From Setoptus koraiensis (lineage: Eukaryota > Animalia > Arthropoda), in the NCBI GenBank assembly GCA_048013815.1, contig CM106585.1, positions 7,006,001 to 7,070,000 on the forward strand: a DNA stretch of 64,000 nucleotides, given 5' to 3'. Position 1 is the first letter of the stretch. Each line of letters starts with the position of its first letter. Shown here piece after piece: positions 60,501 to 64,000 of the stretch. The notes beneath the pieces were generated by a model. That model searched no databases. It saw only the letters and a list, made by a program, of their open reading frames with translations, and was not told the DNA's origin. The position numbers and the translations under genes are program-made.

Positions 60501-63500
60501 CGACAGCGACAGAGGGGGCGAGATGTAGCGAGACAACGAAAAGAATGAGTCAGCTAATTTGAGCAAGTCGCAGAACAGAGCCAAAACGAGCGACAACGCC
60601 ACCAAACGCCGCGACTTGATATTAACGATTGCAAGCGCCTTCGGGGCCCCATTTATCCGGCATGCCATACTTAAAAGTTTAAGCGATTTGAGCCGGCCCA
60701 AAGTGAGCTAGTTGTTGTGTGTCTTTTGTCGTCTCTCGCTCACGGTTAGTGTCAGGCGGCGCTGATTTAAGCGGCACCATTGGCAAGACGGCCACAACAA
60801 CAGTTATGGCCAACCAATAATAACAATAATAATGATGATGCAACAAACAGCGCCAATAACAAGTATGTGGCACACACATTAGAGGCTTTTATTATACAAA
60901 TAAAAAAAAAATCTTACAACGGCAGCCGGTTTGCAGCGAGCTGCATCGAGCCCGCGGTAAGTGGTGAGCGGCGGCTAGCGAGCGCCAGCCCGCGGCCGGC
61001 GAGTGTGATCAAGGGCCATAAAGGTGCCCACAAAGACGCCTCACGGAGCCCCGCAGAAGCCATAGAAAAGTTGGCGAGCATAATGGGGCCGTTGGCGCCG
61101 TTTCGCTCAGCCTCACTTTTATCGCCGCTTTTATCCGGCCTGACAGCGCCAGCGAGCATAATAGAAGTGATTGCAGCGACGCAAGTGTCGGTAGTGGCGC
61201 GCAAAAAACTATACTAGCGAACACTAGCAACTCGCCCGACACTGGCCGCCCGATCGCGGCTCCAGCCGAGTGTCGCCAGCCAACGAAACGGCAAAAATCG
61301 ATGGGGCCCCCGCGAACAGTAATGATTTTATTCACTGTTGATTTATCACTTCGATCACTGGCTCGCACAGTCAATTAACTTTGCGCCCGGCCGCCGCCGC
61401 CGGCCAGCCAAATTAAAGTTAAATCCTTTCGGCTGCTCCCTGCCGCTAAAAACGGATCCGTCCGGATAAACGGGCGCGAAGAGTTGTCGCCAGTTTCTGC
61501 CAGCGCGAGTTTGTAGCTCGTGATCTGGCCACTTTGGCCGCAATCATCAATTGCATTTCGGTTCGGCCCGTCGGCCGTTATCTGTCGGCGTGCCAGCGAG
61601 TCACTGTTGCTTTCGTTTGCCGTTTGCTGTTTGCTGGCGGGCTGTAATTGAGCCTCTCGGCGCCCAGTGCAAGCAAACAAACGGGGCCCGGCTCGACAAA
61701 TGCGCCGGCGAGAGTGGCTACTTTCGGCCCCAAAGACAGCCCGTATGTCTTGTCGGGACGGGCACAGCGCGCCCTTTCTGGCGGCCCCACCGACCGAAGT
61801 CTAGCGGCTGCCGACCGAAGTCGAGCGGCCGCCGACGGCCGCACCGACGGGCCCGTCGACGAGGGCCAATGTGTGGCCCTTGTGTCGGCCACGATCACTA
61901 TTTGTGGCACCGAAGCGCCTTGGGCCATTTCTCGGGCGGGCGCAAAATTGATAACAGTGGCCCGGCTTTGTCCTGATGAGGCCGCCAGCCAGATTCACGC
62001 GTGGATATCGCGCAAACTCAGCCGCAACCGCAGGTGAATTCGCTCTGGCGCCCTCTGGCCAGTCTTATCTGGAGGGGCGCTACGTGTGGCGGCTCCGAAA
62101 TGGATTACTTTTGCGGTGCGCGTTGCGGTCGTGCCCAGGCCCACATTATGTGGGCCGCACAGTGATATGTGGCGAGCGATTGTGATTAGCCGTGAGCGAT
62201 GTTATTAGTGTTGTTTCGCTGCTTGCAATTGATACTCGAGCCGCCGGCCCGTCGGATGTGCGCCGTTATGTGCCGTCATCGGGCATTATGTGCCGCCATT
62301 GGGCGCTATGTGCCGCCATTGGGCGCAATGTGCCCCGTTATTGGGCGTTATGTGCGCGGCCAGCTGCCGCTGCCCGCGATCTATCCGCTGTCCGCCGTTC
62401 GCCAGTCGCGGGCCGGGCCGGGCCCAGATAAAAATAAACGATAAGTCGGGATGAGCAAAATTGCAAATTGCCACGTTCGCCGGCTCACGGCGCCAACAGT
62501 AACGACTGCACACAAACAACCGCACAACCAATATCGGGGCCCCATTTGCCAAGCCGGCTTTGCCTTATCATGTCGAACGAAATGTGACACGAGCTGGCTC
62601 GGCGGCGGCGCCCCTTGGGCCCATTACTGGTGACAGCTATTTTTTAGCGACTCGCCCTGTCGGTTAGTCTCTTACAAAGCCACTTTTTAGGTGGCGGCGC
62701 GCAAATTTGGCCCCGCTGATTCGCTGTTGCTCTTACTCTCACAACGCTCATACCCAGGCACATGCCCCGCCGACACATACCCAGGTATATATGCGCGCCA
62801 GGTACACATGTACCTCTTGCGCCGGTATATAGCGGCCATACACCGGCGCATATACCCGCGCACATATGTGCGCGGGCCGGCTTGCACGAGCTTGACAAGG
62901 CGAGCGGGCCCGCGAGCTTGTTTCAGCACGGCCGAGCAGTTTATTAAGTTGTCGACAATACATACGCGGCGTGCCTCGCCTCTGTCTGCTTGCCCGGCGC
63001 ACCTAATAAAATCACTGCAACCTGGTGCAGATGCGCCAAATAAATCAATCGCCAAATCACTTGCAGCGGGCCGATATGTGCCGCTCGCCAGCACAGTGTG
63101 TGTAGGTGTAGCTGGCGCCGTGCGCGCCACACATCGGCCAGGTGAGCCGGTATTGCTGAGCCGATATGGGTGCCAATATGGCATCAGCGGATCACGCCGT
63201 CGGCGCCAGACTGCGTGCTTGTGTGTGCGTGTTGTGGGGCCGGCAAATGTCGGGTATTGGCGGGAGCAAATAATGCGATAACAACGGCGACAGCATCAGC
63301 CAAATCCGACAACAAAAAGTGCGCACAAAAGTGGGGCCCGCGACGCGCACTTGATACAAGCCTGGCCACTGGCTACTGTCGCCGGCCGATGTATAAATAT
63401 CCGCGCGTGCGACACGCCGCGCAACGGATCCGATTGGCCGGCCCGTCATATCGCACATGTCGCACGCACTCGGCCGCCCGCCGATACACACAGCGATATG

Positions 63501-63871
63501 GCCAAGAAGGGCGCCGCTGACATTTGCGGCTCAATAGATTTTTCTTGGCCATTTTTCTTGGAACGCGCCGGACTGATTGTGCTCGTAAGTGCGTTCTCTC
63601 TCTCTCTCTATCTCGGGCCCCTCTCACACACAGGTCCGTCCGTGTGTCGCCATGTGCGTGTCGCCAGGCACAACTGGGCCCCGAACGCAACGAACGCGGC
63701 CGAACACAACGAACACGGCCGAACAAAAAGAAGCCAAATTGCACGTTTTCGGCGGCGGGCCTCTCGCTTGGCGCCTACGTGATCGGCCTCTTGAGAGGGC
63801 AGCCGGCGCCGCGAGTTTGCTCGTGCAGCTTGTGCGCGTGTTTGCGTGATGATAATGTCGCAGCGACAGCC

Positions 63872-63945
63872 ATGGTCAGCACAATGGGGCCCGGCGCCGG
63901 CACCGCCACTGCTGCTGTCAATCCGGTCCAGTCCAGTCCAGTCCG
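63872..63945 (+). CDS. Possible first coding exon of the next gene
   Basis: GCCATGG context, MVSTMGPGAGTATAAVNPVQSSPV, strong donor CG|GTGAGT, upstream (CT)n tract at ~63596; no homology recognised. Confidence 0.3.
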
Positions 63946-64000
63946 GTGAGTGGTGGCTAAAAAACGGACACAAGATTAGATTTTCTCTCAATTATTTCTC

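Noticed and set aside
47000-63800. Numerous 60-200 aa ORFs and conserved miRNAs in the upstream region
   Set aside because: The ORFs are overlapping and R/A/P/G-rich, as expected from GC-rich non-coding DNA, with no domain signatures; I recognised no conserved arthropod mature miRNA by eye (a miRBase/Rfam search is needed to exclude them)

Overview
Eukaryotic (arthropod, probably a mite; inference) genomic window with two sharply different halves. 1-34.9 kb is a transposon graveyard with no intact host gene. Two non-autonomous families dominate it. One is a Helentron-associated (HINE/DINE-1-like) family with subTIR AGCGCTTAATTT, a 3' hairpin and interchangeable internal repeat cassettes. The other is a long-TIR MITE family with GGKTGTT...AACAMCC ends, 8-bp TSDs (six copies verified by eye) and a conserved core of GNA-triloop hairpins. 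Mixed in are decayed Tc1/mariner, ISL2EU/Harbinger-type, Ty1/copia gag and RT and env-like fragments, a 500-N gap and a ~620-bp palindrome. A 217-aa signal-peptide/TM gene can be rebuilt by removing one MITE. 34.9-64 kb looks euchromatic and has no recognisable copies of those repeats. It holds an intronless c-Jun/AP-1 gene (minus) whose leucine zipper is two heptads short, with upstream CRE and TRE sites; an 8-exon RIM/Piccolo-family active-zone gene most like Fife (minus; Zn finger, PDZ, two C2 domains) with a likely stop-free in-frame intron; and ~17 kb of GGCC-rich non-coding DNA. All calls come from reading the sequence; no searches were run.
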